From Neophaeotheca triangularis (taxonomy: Eukaryota), in the NCBI GenBank assembly GCA_054600435.1, contig BAAIJX010000086.1, positions 1 to 55,761 of the forward strand: a DNA stretch of 55,761 nt, in the 5' to 3' direction. Below the pieces are notes generated by a model, which ran no database searches, was not told where the DNA came from, and was given only the letters and a program-made list of their open reading frames with translations. The position numbers were made by a program, and so were the translations under genes. Positions 38,275-51,241 of the stretch are shown here, piece after piece; position 1 is the stretch's first letter, and the number at the start of each line of letters is the position of its first letter.

Positions 38275-39596
38275 AATCTTCGCCAACGAAGAATAGGGAT
38301 CAATCGACACCCTTGAAGCTTGCTTGTTGATGCAGGTCTCACAGCGGATAAAGAAAGGCAACGGAGCCTACAGCATTCTGTCATTAGCACTCCGCATCCC
38401 TATTACAACAAATAACTCTTGGATGGCATGATACAGCAAAGAACCTGTAAGCTAGGCATTGTCTCTCCTACTATGGGCAAGCTTTTTCTGGCCCCTAAGA
38501 TTCTTTGTAGCTACAGGGTGAAGGTGAAACCGCTTGAAGCGAGCTTGCAAGACAGACAACCAACAGCATTCGCCTGACTTCTTGAAAGTAACAATGGCGG
38601 CTCTGGCACGTCGAGCAAGACCACGGCGGTACTGCCGAGCCTACACAACCAATTTCAGTCTTTTCGGCAAAGTCCAGATTCCGAAGCTCACTATGCAAGC
38701 TGGACAGCTCGTGCCTTTCTCGAGTCCCTCAGTCGCACAGGACCCTCCAGCCCACGAGTATGGCATTCAGGCCCACCGTATCCTGATTGGCGAAGAAAAC
38801 AAAGGAGCCCGAGCCCATGTGACTGTGGTTGTGGTGGGTATGGAGGAGAGATCAACGACACTCACTCCCATATGCGTCCACAGGTCCCAAAGTATCCCGC
38901 GGGGACACGCTCCAACGTGGGTTTCGCGCGGCGTGGTGGCTACGTCCACATTTCCAGTGGGCCAGCTCGTCAAGTGCCCCAAGCCAGCCAACCAACCCAC
39001 GTGTGAGTCGGAGGCTGACCGCGACCATTGCGTGGTTTTTACGATACCTTTAGCAGGATACGGTTCGATCAGCGCTCGCCTTTGGCACACTCGAAAGATT
39101 TAGTCGAGGAGGGAAGGAATTCCGCCTTCAATCGTCTCATGGGCCACGGCTCCGGAGAACAACGTCCGCCGCGTGCCCACCAGCTTCCCCCTTCAAGGGT
39201 CTGGCTCGTGGACCTGCGACCGCCCTTCGCTCGCCCTTTGCGCAGTTTTCATCACAACCAGAAGCCATCGGAGCTGGGCCGGTAAGCTCTCCGGCTCCAC
39301 TACTTTAGCATGGCTGGCAGTGTCGAGACGGCGGCAGGCGGTGCGTCTGGAACGAAATCAATAGGCGGAGTGGAGATGGAGGAAGCCCTGCCGTGCGTGC
39401 TTGGGAGAAAGTTCGAAAATGCGAAGGTTTCATAACTTGTACCTTGCGCGTAATGTACAACGCAAGTGAACATGCGTAAGTATCGTTAGCAAGTATTAAT
39501 ACGAGGATTGCCCTTCTCACAACCAAAGCCCAATCGAAAATTCCGTTCATGAGAGCCTTACACTTTCCAGAAATCAAGAGCATTCCCTATCCACCT

Positions 39597-41962
39597 CTAC
39601 CGAGCATTAGCAGACGTGGTCAACTCATGCCTCAATCCAGCAACCAACTCCTGCACTCCCGGATTTCCATCCTGACACCACCTCGCCAGCGTATCGCAAA
39701 CCTCGCTCCCTCTCTCGCCGAAATGCTTCGCGACAACATCCCCCCAAACCGGATCCCTCGCCGCTTTCAACCACCCCAGCATTGCATACCGCACCGTCAG
39801 CGCCTGCATTTTCTTGTTGTAGTCGAGCGAGGCCTTGGAATTCGCCATCCTCTCTCTGCCGGGCTCGTTGCACCAAGGGTGGTCGCAGAAGATCATGGCT
39901 TGGATAGAGACAAGAACTTGTAGGATTGTGGATTTGCCTGCTTGCCAGGTTTCGCCTTGCCAGGTGCCGAGGAGGGAGAGGCAGACTGTTCATTTGTAGT
40001 GTTAGCGCTGATAGTTGAGGCTTTGTTTCTCAGGGTGGACTCTGTACCTTTACCGTTGGCGTAGAGGTTTGGGTTGAAGTGCGCTGCACCTCCTCCCGTG
40101 GTGCGGAACTCCATCTTCGGTGGCGTATGGGGGAAGTTGGCGGGGCAGAAGAGGTCGAATTCGAAGAGACCGTGTTGGTAGGGGGTGTTGGATGGGCCGA
40201 CGATGAGTATTTTCATCACGTCGAGACGTGAGGCACAGTGGCGGACGAAGATGCCGGGTGGGAGGCTGGTGGTGAGGGTTAGGAGCTGGGTAGAGAGGCT
40301 TTTCATGCGACCATGGAAGGAGGCGCGCATGCTGGCTGCTTCTTGGGCGTACTTGTAGCGCGATAGAATGGTTTGGTCTGGGACTTCTAGAAGGGCTAGT
40401 TCTGATTGCCAGTCTTCGGTGGTAGCGACTCCATTCTGGTGCGCTTGCGGCTGCAGGTCCGACCTCGTAGTAGAAGCCAGTATGTCTGCAGTGCTCGAAA
40501 TTCGCTGTGTTAGTTCGAGCATGCGATCGCTTTCGGCATCTTGATGATGAGCGGCTGTCCTCTGGATCAAAGCCTTGCTCTGTTTATCCAGATTACGAAT
40601 GCAGACATGCATTGAGCTACTCCTCTCCCAGACAACGCCTGCAGTATCGTCGGGGCGGAAGCAGCGCTTCATGAGATCTTGGCCGAGCTCTCTAGAAGGT
40701 CTCTCACGTGGAGCGAGAGCCTCGGTAAGTTTGGCATTCTGCTTGAGGGTCGTGACAAGGTCGAGTGCCGTCATGTAGAGTGAGATTCGCCTTGTGGCGT
40801 CTTCAAGAGATTCGTTACGCAGCAGTTCGGCGACCCTAGCCGGCAATAGGCTACACAGCAAGAGCGCCGTGACCGCGATGATGCGCCGAGTTCGACCACG
40901 GGCGGCTGTACTGGATACATCTGGTAGCAAAAGGATGTTTAACCAGCACAATACCTTCTGCGTCACCTCGTCATCTTCCTTGTCCCCCAGTCTCGAGCCT
41001 TGATGAAAACTTGGTGCCGCTGAAGCACTGCGACCCAGCACTGGGGAGTAGTCCAGATCGTAGCCTACACTGCCTCCATACCCAACGCCAGTGGACGGGG
41101 CTTTTTTCTGCTGTCGAAAGTAGTCGTTGCGACGAAGCTCTACAAGTCTCCGTCTGTCGTAGCCGCACAGGAGGACCCAAACCACTGCCAACCTACCACG
41201 ATCACAGCACCAGGTCACACATGTCGCCTGCTCCGATTCCGGGACCGATCGCCTCAATGCACCACAGCCGATGCAGGTCAAGGTTGTACAACCGCGATTG
41301 TTGCACGATACTACAGAAGAAGGGAGTGGCTTCTTGTTTGACTCGTCGAGTTTCCCCAGATCGTTCGTCATTCTGTCTCTCTCGCCCACCCAGTTCTTGA
41401 AGAGAAGTACGACCTCGTTTTCTTGCCTTAAACGTGGCTTACGGCAAGTAGCGCAACAAATGCCAGTGATACTCTTGGCTGGTTGCTGAATCAAAGCGTA
41501 GCACTGTTGTGGAGTCAGGGGTTGATCCTCCGCCTCTGGCTCGCTTTCCGGCTCGTTGGCAGGGAGTATTGGCTCTGGCTCAGGGGAAGGAGAGGTCAGG
41601 TCTATGTTCAAGGATTTCCGGCTAACGGTGCTGCTGGGCTCCACTCGTTTACGCTTGTACCCAGAGCTGGGAGGAGCAAGAGCAACTTCATCCGTCAAGT
41701 CGATGCTGGCTGTGTGCTGGAGTTCTCCGGATTGCCTGGGTGTTGTGTACTTGGCTGGAGCTGTGGCTGGAGCTCTGGAAGGCTTCTTCGAGAAGCCTTT
41801 CGTTTCTGTCTTGGTAGGAGATTGTGGGAGAGGTGGAGTGGGCAGCTCTGTGTCGCTAGTGAGATCGACAACTTCCATGGCATTGGCTGGATTGGTGTCG
41901 AGCGTTTGCACCGGTTGCTCTGAATGCCGCTTCTTGTAGGAGGGATCAAGACTAGTAGTCAT
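39597..41962 (-). CDS. BIRC6/BRUCE-like ubiquitin-conjugating enzyme (C-terminal UBC domain); intron 39986-40047
   Basis: IVGPSNTPYQHGLFEFDLFCPANFP..FRTTGGG..FNPNLYANGK/VCLSLLGTW..STILQVLVSIQAMI..NEPG. The intron separates G-K from the catalytic V-C. Cys-rich middle region. Confidence 0.9.
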
Positions 41963-42398
41963 AGTTGTTGTGTAGATAAGAAGAGATGTTGTTACCGCTG
42001 CCGACTCCAGACCTACCGTAAGCCTCCAAGTAACTGGTAGTAGGTATATAACATGAAGTCACAACCTGGTCAACACGTGAGGTCAAAGTTGAACGGTCGC
42101 GTGCTCCTGCTGTGGAACGCGTTGGCTACATACTCAATAAGTTATACAGGAGCAGTTTCCTTTTTGAGACAACCTCGGCTCTTCACAAGTTCACATGCCT
42201 TATTACCTTGCTGGGCAACGTCCGTAACGAACCTCCCTCCTCCTCTTGATTCTCTTGGACAACAAGACTAGACTCGAGGGAGGACGTCTATATAACGTCG
42301 CTCGCAAAGGCTAAGTTTTTCCATTTCCTTCCTTCTCCCCTTTGCTTCCCCAGCTTCTTCTCCATTAACACGCGCAATACCTACTTCACTCGCCCATC

Positions 42399-43681
42399 AT
42401 GTCGGCGACGCAGAGGTTGCCCGTCATAGCCGGTACGCTAAGTTTGGGTGCACTGATAGCCACAGCAACTTCTTCCTCCGCCCTGCGCCAGAGACTGTTC
42501 AAATATCTCAGCCCGACGGCAAGAAAGACAATGTGGTGGCTACTGGGCATCCTCTTCGCCCTCGTCAACTTCAAGAACCTACCGTTCTTATGGCATGTAA
42601 GTCACCCCAACCGCTAACACCACCACCCACACCCCTCTCATTCGCATCTCTTCCAATCCTCACCAACCAACCTCCTCAATTCTCCCAACCCTCCCACTAA
42701 CAACCCCTCCCCCAGTTCCGCGTCTTCCGTGGCATCCTCTACCAACTCTACTTCCAAACGCGGCCCCTGCCTCCTTCCCACCTTTTTGCGCCAATCGTAA
42801 CCTCCAGCCGCAACAGCCTCTGGGACACCGACTACAACCTGCACAAAAGCAACTCGACCTACTTCGCCGACCTCGATGTCTCCCGCGCCCACGCCATGGG
42901 CGCCATAATCCGCACAGGTCTGCAACGCCTCAACTCCGGCGACCGCGTAGGCTTGCCGGCAGAAGCGCAGCAATCCGGCGCGAGACCTATCCCGTTGGGC
43001 CAAAAGGAGGGCAGCTTTGTCATTGCCCTGGGCGGCGTGGCGTGTCATTTCCACAAGCAGATTGAGCTGGGACAGGCGTTTGAGATCTGGACGCGCGTAC
43101 TGAGTTGGGATCGCAAATGGCTGTACATGGTCTCGCATATCGTGCGCAAGGGCACGGTGAAGCCGGAAAAGTACGTTTTGCAGCCTTGGAGGAGAGGAGG
43201 AGCGCCCGTGGCCAAGACGCGGACCGAGGCCGAGGGTAAGAATGAGGAGGATCCCAGTAAATACATCTTCGCGACGAGTATTGCCCGATACGTGGTGAAG
43301 AAGGGTCGGCTGACCATTAACCCCGAGGTTATCCTCGAGAGGTCGCTGCTCTTGCCCACGAGGCCCGAGGGCGTGGGGATGCCGCCTAGGGCCGAGGGCT
43401 CTCCTAGTCATGCCGAGGCGCCCACCCCGGCCGATACCCCAGCGAACGGCGAGGCGTTGACGAGTCCGGAGACTGTGGCTACGGAGCTTTCCTCCAGGCT
43501 CGCCGGGCCTGACATGGCTGCGAGAGTGCCCGAGGGCGATGCGGAATGGACGTGGGAGGATATGGAGAAGGAGAGGCTCAGGGGTTTGAAATTCGCACAG
43601 CATTTTGACGGTTTGGCTGCTTTGCAGGGAGAGATGAAGACTGGCGAAGCCTTGGGTCGGTATCACGACTTCTTGTGGTGA
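42399..43681 (+). CDS. Hotdog-fold thioesterase-like protein (THEM6/YBR096W-like); exons 42399-42596, 42716-43681
   Basis: N-terminal hydrophobic segment ending NFKNLPFLWH, then DTDYNLHKSNSTYFADLDVSR and WTRVLSWDRKWLY. Intron GTAAGT..CTAAC..CAG keeps the frame. Confidence 0.85.
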
Positions 43682-44018
43682 GAGGACCGCTTTGTTGAAG
43701 AGGAGGTTAGCCTGAAGAGTTCTGTTTAGATGCTTTGATCGTGCGATACCCCGTGGAGGACTGAAAACTAGAGTTGGTGGATGGTTGTAAGCTTAGTATA
43801 TTCTTCTGTAGAACTACACAGATGCCGTGCGATAGAGCTTGTAATACAATCCGTGGCAGGACCTCCGTGGGCATCCACATCAATCAGCGACATGTTTCTA
43901 AGCCACCGCACATACTGCCCGCTTCACATCAGTCATAGCAAATCAGCTAAGACCACCCAGTCCCAAATCAGCGTAACTGTCCTCCGCTACTCACTCAGCA
44001 TGTTTCCTCGCTTCATAC

Positions 44019-46719
44019 TCAACCGCCCAACCCAATTCGCATCTTCACCCCAGGAGGCAAAGCATCCCTCGCTCTCGTTCCCTCAATCTCCGCATGCTTG
44101 GCCTCATCAATCTTGCCAGCCTGCTCAAGAGTCCTCGTAAACATGCCATCCGCGACGGCAATCCACAACGAGTCCTTTGTTTTATTCGCCAGAGTCCTTC
44201 CAGCCCGCGTACTCTTCTCGGCTTGCTCGCCGACAATATCCGTGAAGAACATGTCGGTCATGGTGTTCATAATCACAGAGAGGAGTTGCTGGTTCTTGTT
44301 GGTTTGTGCGGCTGATAGTGCGGCTTGCAGGTATTGCTTCGTTCTGATGATGTGGGGCCCGCCTTCGCTGGAGCTGGTGTTGCTGAGGGGTGCCGTGGCT
44401 CTGATGACGTTGTAGCAGGAGTGAAGGGACTGATTACGGTGGTCGCGAATGTAGGTGTCGAGAGTTTCCAAAAGCGTGAAGGCTTCTTCCCGGTCCGAAG
44501 CGTCTGGTAGGCCACGAAGGATCAGGACTTTGTTGAGTGCGGAGAGGGCTTGGATGTCCTTGACAGTCGGTGAGATTTTGGCATTCTTGGAAAGCTCGAG
44601 GGCAGGATCGCTGTAGTACTCCATGGCTTCCTCAAGTTCACCTTTGCCCTGCGATAACGCACCACGAAGATATTTCAGCAGATGTATTATAGTGTTGTTA
44701 CTGGTCTTTCCATCTGATGCGAGTTTGCCCTTGTTCTCCAGCTCAAGGTCAGTCATGCTCTGCTCAGCAAGGTCCCACGCTCCGCGACTGGCATAGCAGA
44801 AGACCAGTAGGGCTCGCATCGCCGATCGCAGTTCCAGTCTCCATGCAGCCGCATTCGCCAGCGTTCGAACGCCTTGCTGCACGGTGAATGAAGTGCTTTG
44901 GCTGATCTTCAACCCCTGCTGGAGATATTTCTCGGCTTTTTTGTCACTCGAGTTTTTCAAGAAGTTGGTGAAGGCGCTCATGATGAATCCAATACTATAC
45001 ACGTCGTTAACAGCGTACCATTGGAAGGATAGTGAAGTGCGACCATCAGTTGTTCGAACAAAGATGCCATGAGTGTCGGACTCCAGACTATCCTGCGCGG
45101 GAAGGTCGAAGGGAATGTTGAAGCTACCATCCTTGTTCCAAGTGCCTACTTTACTCATCCCTTCCATATGCTGTTGCATGCGCTCCAGCTTCGCCATCGA
45201 CCCGCTATTGTCGAAGCACTGTAGTGCGATGGCAAGGTCGAGGGTCTCAATGAACGCTTGTAGCTGAGGCATCTGTTGCATCTCGGGGCTTAGTTGGTGG
45301 GTGCGGGCGGCAGCAAGAGATCTCTGAGCGAGTTCTGTCGAATCTGGGTTTCCGGATCGGACATGCGTCAACGTCTCCAATGCAGCGGCCACGACCTGAA
45401 TCCCAGTGTGCCTCAATTCCTCGGCGGTTTCAGTGATGACGTTCAAATTTTTGATTGCATTGGCCGATTCCGATTGAGTACCAGCTTCGAGACAAAAAGA
45501 CACACGGAGTAGGCGGAAAGCGTACGTCCAGTACGGCAACGCCATCGCCTCGACTTCCGCTGCCACTCTGTCAATCACTTTCATCGCGGCTTTTGGGTTG
45601 TCTCGCGCTGTGATTCTGGCTGAAAGGTGATGCATAGCATACTTTGAGTCGTACAGGTTAGCGCGATCGCAGACTGGGATCCCTTTTGTGAGAATCTCTT
45701 GGGCTTCGTTCGAGTTCTCGGTCTCTTCGAACATCAATGTGGCAAGCTTCAGGCGCAAGCGAGCTTCCTTCCTAGCTTCATCATGCCGGAAGTTATGAAG
45801 CGCAGACTCCAGGCAACCAATGGCAGTCGTAAGGAAGCGACAGTATAGCTCATAGTCGCTACTAGTCTGATCAACTATCATGGCGCTCATGCCGTTGGCA
45901 GCTGCAAGATACTCATCCGCAAGAGCTAGCAGGACGGCCTGCTGATCGACGCTCGTTGGAGGCGTTGCTGGCATCTGGGAAGATTGGAGCTCTGTCAAAG
46001 GCGAAGACGCTGGTCGGCCTTGTTTGCGTGCCTTCTGCTGCGAGCCCTGAGGAAGTGGCATGGGCGTGCTATCGCAGCCAACGGCACGTCCATCGTTCGA
46101 CCGTCTGCGTTTGGGAGAACGAGGCGGTTCGTGAGACGCAACATCAGCGGAAGACGGTCGGTGCACGGGGATTTGTACGTGCGCAAGATGCTGCCTTTGA
46201 GGTGTTGGCAGATTCAATTCCTTGGCCGGGGTGGCCGCCTGTGGTCGAGACTGGGAGGGATTCATCATTGGTGAGTTGCTTAGGAGTGCACCCAAAGGTG
46301 CTGCACCAGTAGGCGCTTGCGTTGCCCACTCTGGGCGGGAGGACTGATGTGCCTGTGGCGCGGGTGCGCCCTGAGAGGGTTGCTGCTGCTGCTGCCACTG
46401 CTGCGTAGAGTGTTGAGACGCTTGTAGTGGCGGTTGTGCGTAAGCAGGCTGAGAATACGGCACCCACGGGTGGTCTTGTTGCGGTTGGCGGTGTTGCGGC
46501 TGGCTTGAAGTGTACTGTGGGGGACGTGGCGAAGAGACTTGGACGGAAGATGCGTAGGGGACCGGTTGATGTTGCTGCTGGTACCCGGACTGGACTGGAA
46601 ATTGCTGGTAGTAGTACTGATGGCCGCCGGCAAATTGGGCAGACTGGAGGGGTTGACTCTGGGGAAAGTGATAGGCGTTTTGCTGGTATTGGCGTTGTTG
46701 GGGGACCATCACCACCGGG

Positions 46720-46757
<38 letters not shown>

Positions 46758-46883
46758 ATACGGCACCTGTCCGCCGTTCTGGTACTGATGCACAGAAGCC
46801 TGCTGCCTTGCCTGTGGATAGCCTTGAGGCTGGCCATTGTTGTTTGATGGATATTCAGGATACCCTGCTGGATAGTACGGCAT
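44019..46883 (-). CDS. SCC4: Cohesin loading factor subunit Scc4/Ssl3/MAU2-like
   Basis: LLALADEYL..Y..L..AIGCLE..EARLRLKLATLMFEETEN..A..ILTKG helical/TPR-like start of the cohesin-loader domain; C-terminal VGEQAEKS..LWIAVADG; Q/Y/P-rich N-terminus. Confidence 0.85.
46722..46754 (-). repeat. (CAG)11 coding microsatellite, part of a Q12 tract in the Scc4-like gene
   Basis: Eleven ctg units on the + strand. Confidence 0.9.
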
Positions 46884-47029
46884 GGCTGCCGCAATAGACT
46901 TTCACAGCTAGAAAGCCGTAACTTCGTGATACTCCGGCGTACGGTGCGCCTCGAATCGCATTGGAAAGGAAAGGCACTGGCAGCCCGAGTGTCACGGTTT
47001 CACATGCAACTTTTGGCCTGAGGTCGCGC

Positions 47030-47035
47030 ACGCGT
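47030..47035. promoter_or_regulatory. Possible MCB element (ACGCGT) about 150 nt upstream of the Scc4-like start
   Basis: Exact MluI hexamer in the divergent intergenic region. Fungal cohesin-related genes are often MBF targets, but a single hexamer is weak evidence. Confidence 0.3.
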
Positions 47036-47362
47036 TGTTTAAAGTCTTGTGGCTGATGCATGCAAAGGCCGAGGTCGACGCCACACCGACTTGGTCTGTC
47101 TTAACTTAGGTTGCTGCCCTACATCTACCTCGCCTCACTCGCATTCGATCCAGGGCATATACCTATCAGTTCTCCCTTTTCTACAAATCACTCGTCGCTC
47201 CCTACGATAGATTCTTCTGGCATATCCACTTCGTTTGATGCGCTTATTACGACTTTGGGAAACCTACCTATACCGATAGAGACACACACCTACAGACTTA
47301 TTTTTTTCCACATCTCTCATCTTCGCATTGACCTACTTCAAGACAATTGGTAACCAGCGGCC

Positions 47363-48889
47363 ATGGCCTCCAGCTCACTGACCGGTGCTTGCACCACAAC
47401 CTTCACTCACTCCGCCGAACCCTTGGTTCTACCCACGAAGTCTGGCCCGGAGCGGGCACTCTCGGAACTCTGCCAGGATACCACACCTCCTTGCAATCTT
47501 AATCCATTCCTGTTTAATGGCCACTTGCAAACATTCTGGACGGCCAAGAAGTACGACGGTCCCAGCGTGCACTACAAAAGGCGTTACTTTGAGAGTGACT
47601 ACAAACCTGTTCCTGGTCACTTCGCCATCGACTACGTCGTTGCTCCACCCCCTCCAGCTGATAAGCCAGCGGATGACGGTGGCGTCGAGGATGAGGGCTT
47701 GCGCGAGGATCCGACAGGTGTAGGCCACAACCATCTGCCACCACGAACGACGTACTTCACTGACGCCGAGTTTGAATCTCTGGCTTCCGAGGACACCAAG
47801 CCCCTGCTTATCTCTCTCCACGGTCTGTCAGGAGGTTCGCACGAAATCTATCTTCGCCATGTGCTGGAACCGCTGGTGCAGGGCACCAAGTCGGGCGCTC
47901 TAGCAGGCCATAGTGGCGGCGAGTGGGAAGCCCTAGTTGTCAACAGTCGCGGCTGTGCTGGCACGAAGGCTACAACCAACTTTCTGTACAACGCTCGTGC
48001 AACATGGGATGTGAGGCAAGTTGTCAAGTGGTGCCGCAAAACGTGGCCGAAACGACCATTGTTCGGTGTCGGCTATTCGCTGGGTGCAAATATCTTGGTC
48101 AATGTAGGTAGCACTCCTGAGAAATGCAAAGATTCAACTGCCATACCGCTTCTTATGTCTAACCTCTTTGCGCCCTGAACAGTACCTCGGCGAAGAAGGC
48201 TCGGAATGCCAACTGAAAGCAGCCACTGTCGTTTCCAATCCCTGGAACTTGCACGTTTCCTCGATTGCCCTCGCCCGCACGTACCTTGGCCGCGAAGTCT
48301 ACCTCAAAACCATGGGCAACAATATGCACGCTCTTTTCAGGCTGCATGGCGACCAGATTCTCAAGAACAAGGCCATTGATGCCGCCGAGATCGCAAAGAT
48401 CAAGTACTTGTACGAGTTCGACCGTGCAGTGCAATGTCCCACGTGGGGGTATCCAACAGAGACCGCTTACTATCGGGACGCTTCCAGCGCAGATGCTCTT
48501 CTCGCGGTCAGGGTGCCTTTGTTTGCGTTGAACGCAAGTGACGATCCCATTGCACCTGATGAAGCGCTACCGTATCAAGAATTCAAGCAGAACCCCTGGT
48601 GTGTACTTTGCACCACTAGCGGAGGGGGTCACCTGGCATGGTTTGAATGGAGCGGGCAGAGATGGCATGCTAAACCGGTAGGTTACGTAATCGCTGGAAT
48701 ACCAGAGGGGCCCAGAACTGATCGTAATTACAGGTCGTGGGATTCCTCAACGCCATGGCTCGGGACATCGACTTTGAAAAGCTTGAAGCGTCTTCCAACC
48801 TCCGACAAGGTCCTTCTCAGAACGATCAAGCGTACGCTTTGTTTGACCCAATTCGTGCGAAAGTTCTGCCCCGTGAAAGCAGGCAATAG
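47363..48889 (+). CDS. Alpha/beta hydrolase, Eht1/Eeb1/YMR210W (acyl-CoA:alcohol acyltransferase/esterase) family; introns 48104-48182 and 48678-48733
   Basis: FNGHLQT, LHGLSGGSHEIY, NSRGCAG, nucleophile GYSLGAN, YYRDASS, DDPI and GGHL (Ser-Asp-His triad). Confidence 0.9.
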
Positions 48890-48969
48890 AAAACCTCCTC
48901 ATGCTCCTCAGCAAGACTTGGGTATCATAGAACGCTAAAACATAGACACATAGAACCAGCCCTCGTCCT

Positions 48970-49551
48970 TCAACCAAAACTGACCCTCTTCTTCGGCTTC
49001 TTAGAGCTCTTTTGCTCAGACTCTTCACGTTTCCCACTCGCACCGTTCGCCTCGCCCTCATCCCGTCCTCCTTTCTTTCCGGCTTTCCCCTTCTCCTTGA
49101 TGCCCTTCTTCCTCTCCTCCATCTCTTCCCTCCTGCCCTCAGCCCTCTTCTCGGTCTCTTCCTTTTTAGCCTCCCTGACCTCCTCCAATTGCCGCGACCT
49201 CATCATCTTGCTCTCAATGTTGCCCTCTTTCTCCGCCATGACCATCGCCATGATGGCGTTCATGCTCTCTTTGTCGTCCACGAAGTTCTTGCCCTTCTTG
49301 GCATTAGGTGGTTTCGTGACTCCGGTGGGACGAATGCCATTGAGCTCAGGGATACCCAGTTGCTCCGCGGTGTAGGTCTTTTTCTTCTTGCGATCGGTGT
49401 TCTTGTTCGACTTGGTCTTCTGCTCGACGGGCTTGGGCTTTGCGGCTTTGGAGATTGGTTTTTTGACTTTGGAGGAAGTTTTCGAGGAGTCTGGCTTGGT
49501 GCTGCGCTTGTTGTTGCCTTTTGCGCCACCGGTCTTGACTTTGGTTGGCAT
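48970..49551 (-). CDS. LOC1: 60S ribosomal subunit assembly/export protein Loc1
   Basis: Lys-rich 193 aa with LGIPELNGIRPTGVTKPPNAKKGKNFVDD..IESKMMRSRQLEEVREA and C-terminal KRVSF. Confidence 0.85.
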   Translation of the reverse strand: MPTKVKTGGAKGNNKRSTKPDSSKTSSKVKKPISKAAKPKPVEQKTKSNKNTDRKKKKTYTAEQLGIPELNGIRPTGVTKPPNAKKGKNFVDDKESMNAIMAMVMAEKEGNIESKMMRSRQLEEVREAKKEETEKRAEGRREEMEERKKGIKEKGKAGKKGGRDEGEANGASGKREESEQKSSKKPKKRVSFG

Positions 49552-49813
49552 GTTGGAAATTTTGCGACGTTGTTGTCGATTTTAGATAGTTCGAGGTTGT
49601 CTTGAGAAAATGTTCGAGAACTTACAGCTGCGATCGAAATCTTGGCCGGCTTTTACGGAATTAGTTCCGCTTCTGACTTCAGCCACAGCTCGTTCGGGAA
49701 GGCAGCTTCACCTTCACTCTCGATAGCTTTCTACAGCACTGATTTAAAGCACACACTGCACGAACAGCTGAGAGTCTAGCTACGAGGGAGCCGAACACAT
49801 CAAGGTCGTGACT

Positions 49814-50442
49814 ATGTCAGAAAACAGACTGTTTCGCTTCCCAAAGCCGCAATGGATGAACAGCGCGAACACGCGGACAGCAGGCGTCTACCTCGCAGGC
49901 GCACTGGTACACTTTGCCCAGCATCGTCGCCTTTGATGGCTACAATGCTAATCAAAAAGCAGTTCTCCATAGCCCTCTTCGTCCTTATTGACGCCGCGAC
50001 CTATTCGCACTCCCACCTCAACGGCTCCAACTTCCACATGAACTTCGTCGACTGGATCCCCGCCATCTTCTCTGCCATGGGCATGCTGATCATCAATAGC
50101 ATCGACAAGACGCGTCTCTCGGCCGATGGCTTCTCTTACAGCGGTGACGGTGTGGCGTGGAAAGCAAGAGTGGTGCTGTTCATGGGGTTCGCGGCTATGG
50201 CTGGAGGATTGGCTGGCGCCGTGTGTGTCATGGTGTTGAAGTATGTGGTGCAGGAAGCTAGCTGGCCGGCGCTTTGGTTTGGCGTGGCTAACATGGTGTC
50301 AAATGGGCTTGTCATGTTGAGGTGAGTTTGATCCCAGGGGTGATACAATCATGCGAACTAGACTAATGATATACGCAGCTCCGTTGTTCTATGGGTAAGC
50401 CAAAACATGGAGGACGACTACACCTACAATCTGGCGCTGTGA
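49814..50442 (+). CDS. VPS68: Vacuolar protein sorting protein Vps68 (UPF0220); exons 49814-49906, 49963-50321, 50379-50442
   Basis: RTAGVYLAGAL/F, FVDWIPAIFSAMGMLIINSIDK, VAWKARVVLFMGF, VLWVSQNMEDDY; introns keep the frame. Confidence 0.9.
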
Positions 50443-51195
50443 GGGTAGGGCACACGTTGGTCTTGGTCTACTTCAGCACTCTCTTTCTGGGCACCCTGCG
50501 GAGGATGAATGGCTTGGGAAGATAACCCTACCTACGCGCCGATGCCACTCGTCGGGCATGGCAATTCATTTCCAGTTGCTATCTCGTATCAATTCTCATG
50601 GTGTAGCTGGAGCTTGAAACGCTTATGGGCGGACAATGGCGGGCCGATGTAGGGATTTAAAGACACGTGTCATGTGGTAACACTGGCACGAGAGTTCCGG
50701 TCGTGAATGCTCATGATCTCGCCTTCTGGGGTCTGGGCACGGTGACCGTGGAGGGGCATGCAACTTTGCCGTCCTCATGAAAGGGCAGATGATAGCAGAC
50801 TGTACATCAAGCCTTGGAATGAGCAGGCTCTTTGCGTCTTCGCTCCTCGCCTCGCGTAACAGTCGATTCCATCTTTCCCCGACACTACGATCCAAGCCTC
50901 TGGATTTTACCTAGGTACAGTTCGACCTTCTAAGAGCGCAAGCGCAATAGCGAGTTACCAAGACCGGCTCGTCGTTCAGAACACCTAGGTGATTATCTTG
51001 ATGAAGGGTGGGCATTGTTGCCTCATAGAGGAGCGCCCTCCAAGTGAACACGACATTGTCGTGCTCAACTCCATTGACTCCATCCCTTTACTAGCGTCAA
51101 TCTCGCTATGCCAGTACAAGAGGTGCACAATACAGCACGCTACCCTCCCGTCCCGCTCCCGCCTGAACGCCGTGCACGGTCACACCTGGTTCTCA

Positions 51196-51200
51196 TATAA
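51196..51200 (+). promoter_or_regulatory. TATA-like element upstream of the U1 snRNA gene
   Basis: CATATAAG about 45 nt before the U1 5' end, followed by a pyrimidine-rich tract. Confidence 0.5.
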
Positions 51201-51241
51201 GAAGCTCGCTCCCTTCCTGCAACCTTTCTCTTCCTCTCCTC

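Noticed and set aside
42638..43666. 342-aa antisense ORF (likewise 8711-9520, 49012-49605 and many others)
   Set aside because: Antisense shadows of well-supported genes caused by GC3-rich codon usage; no independent motifs.
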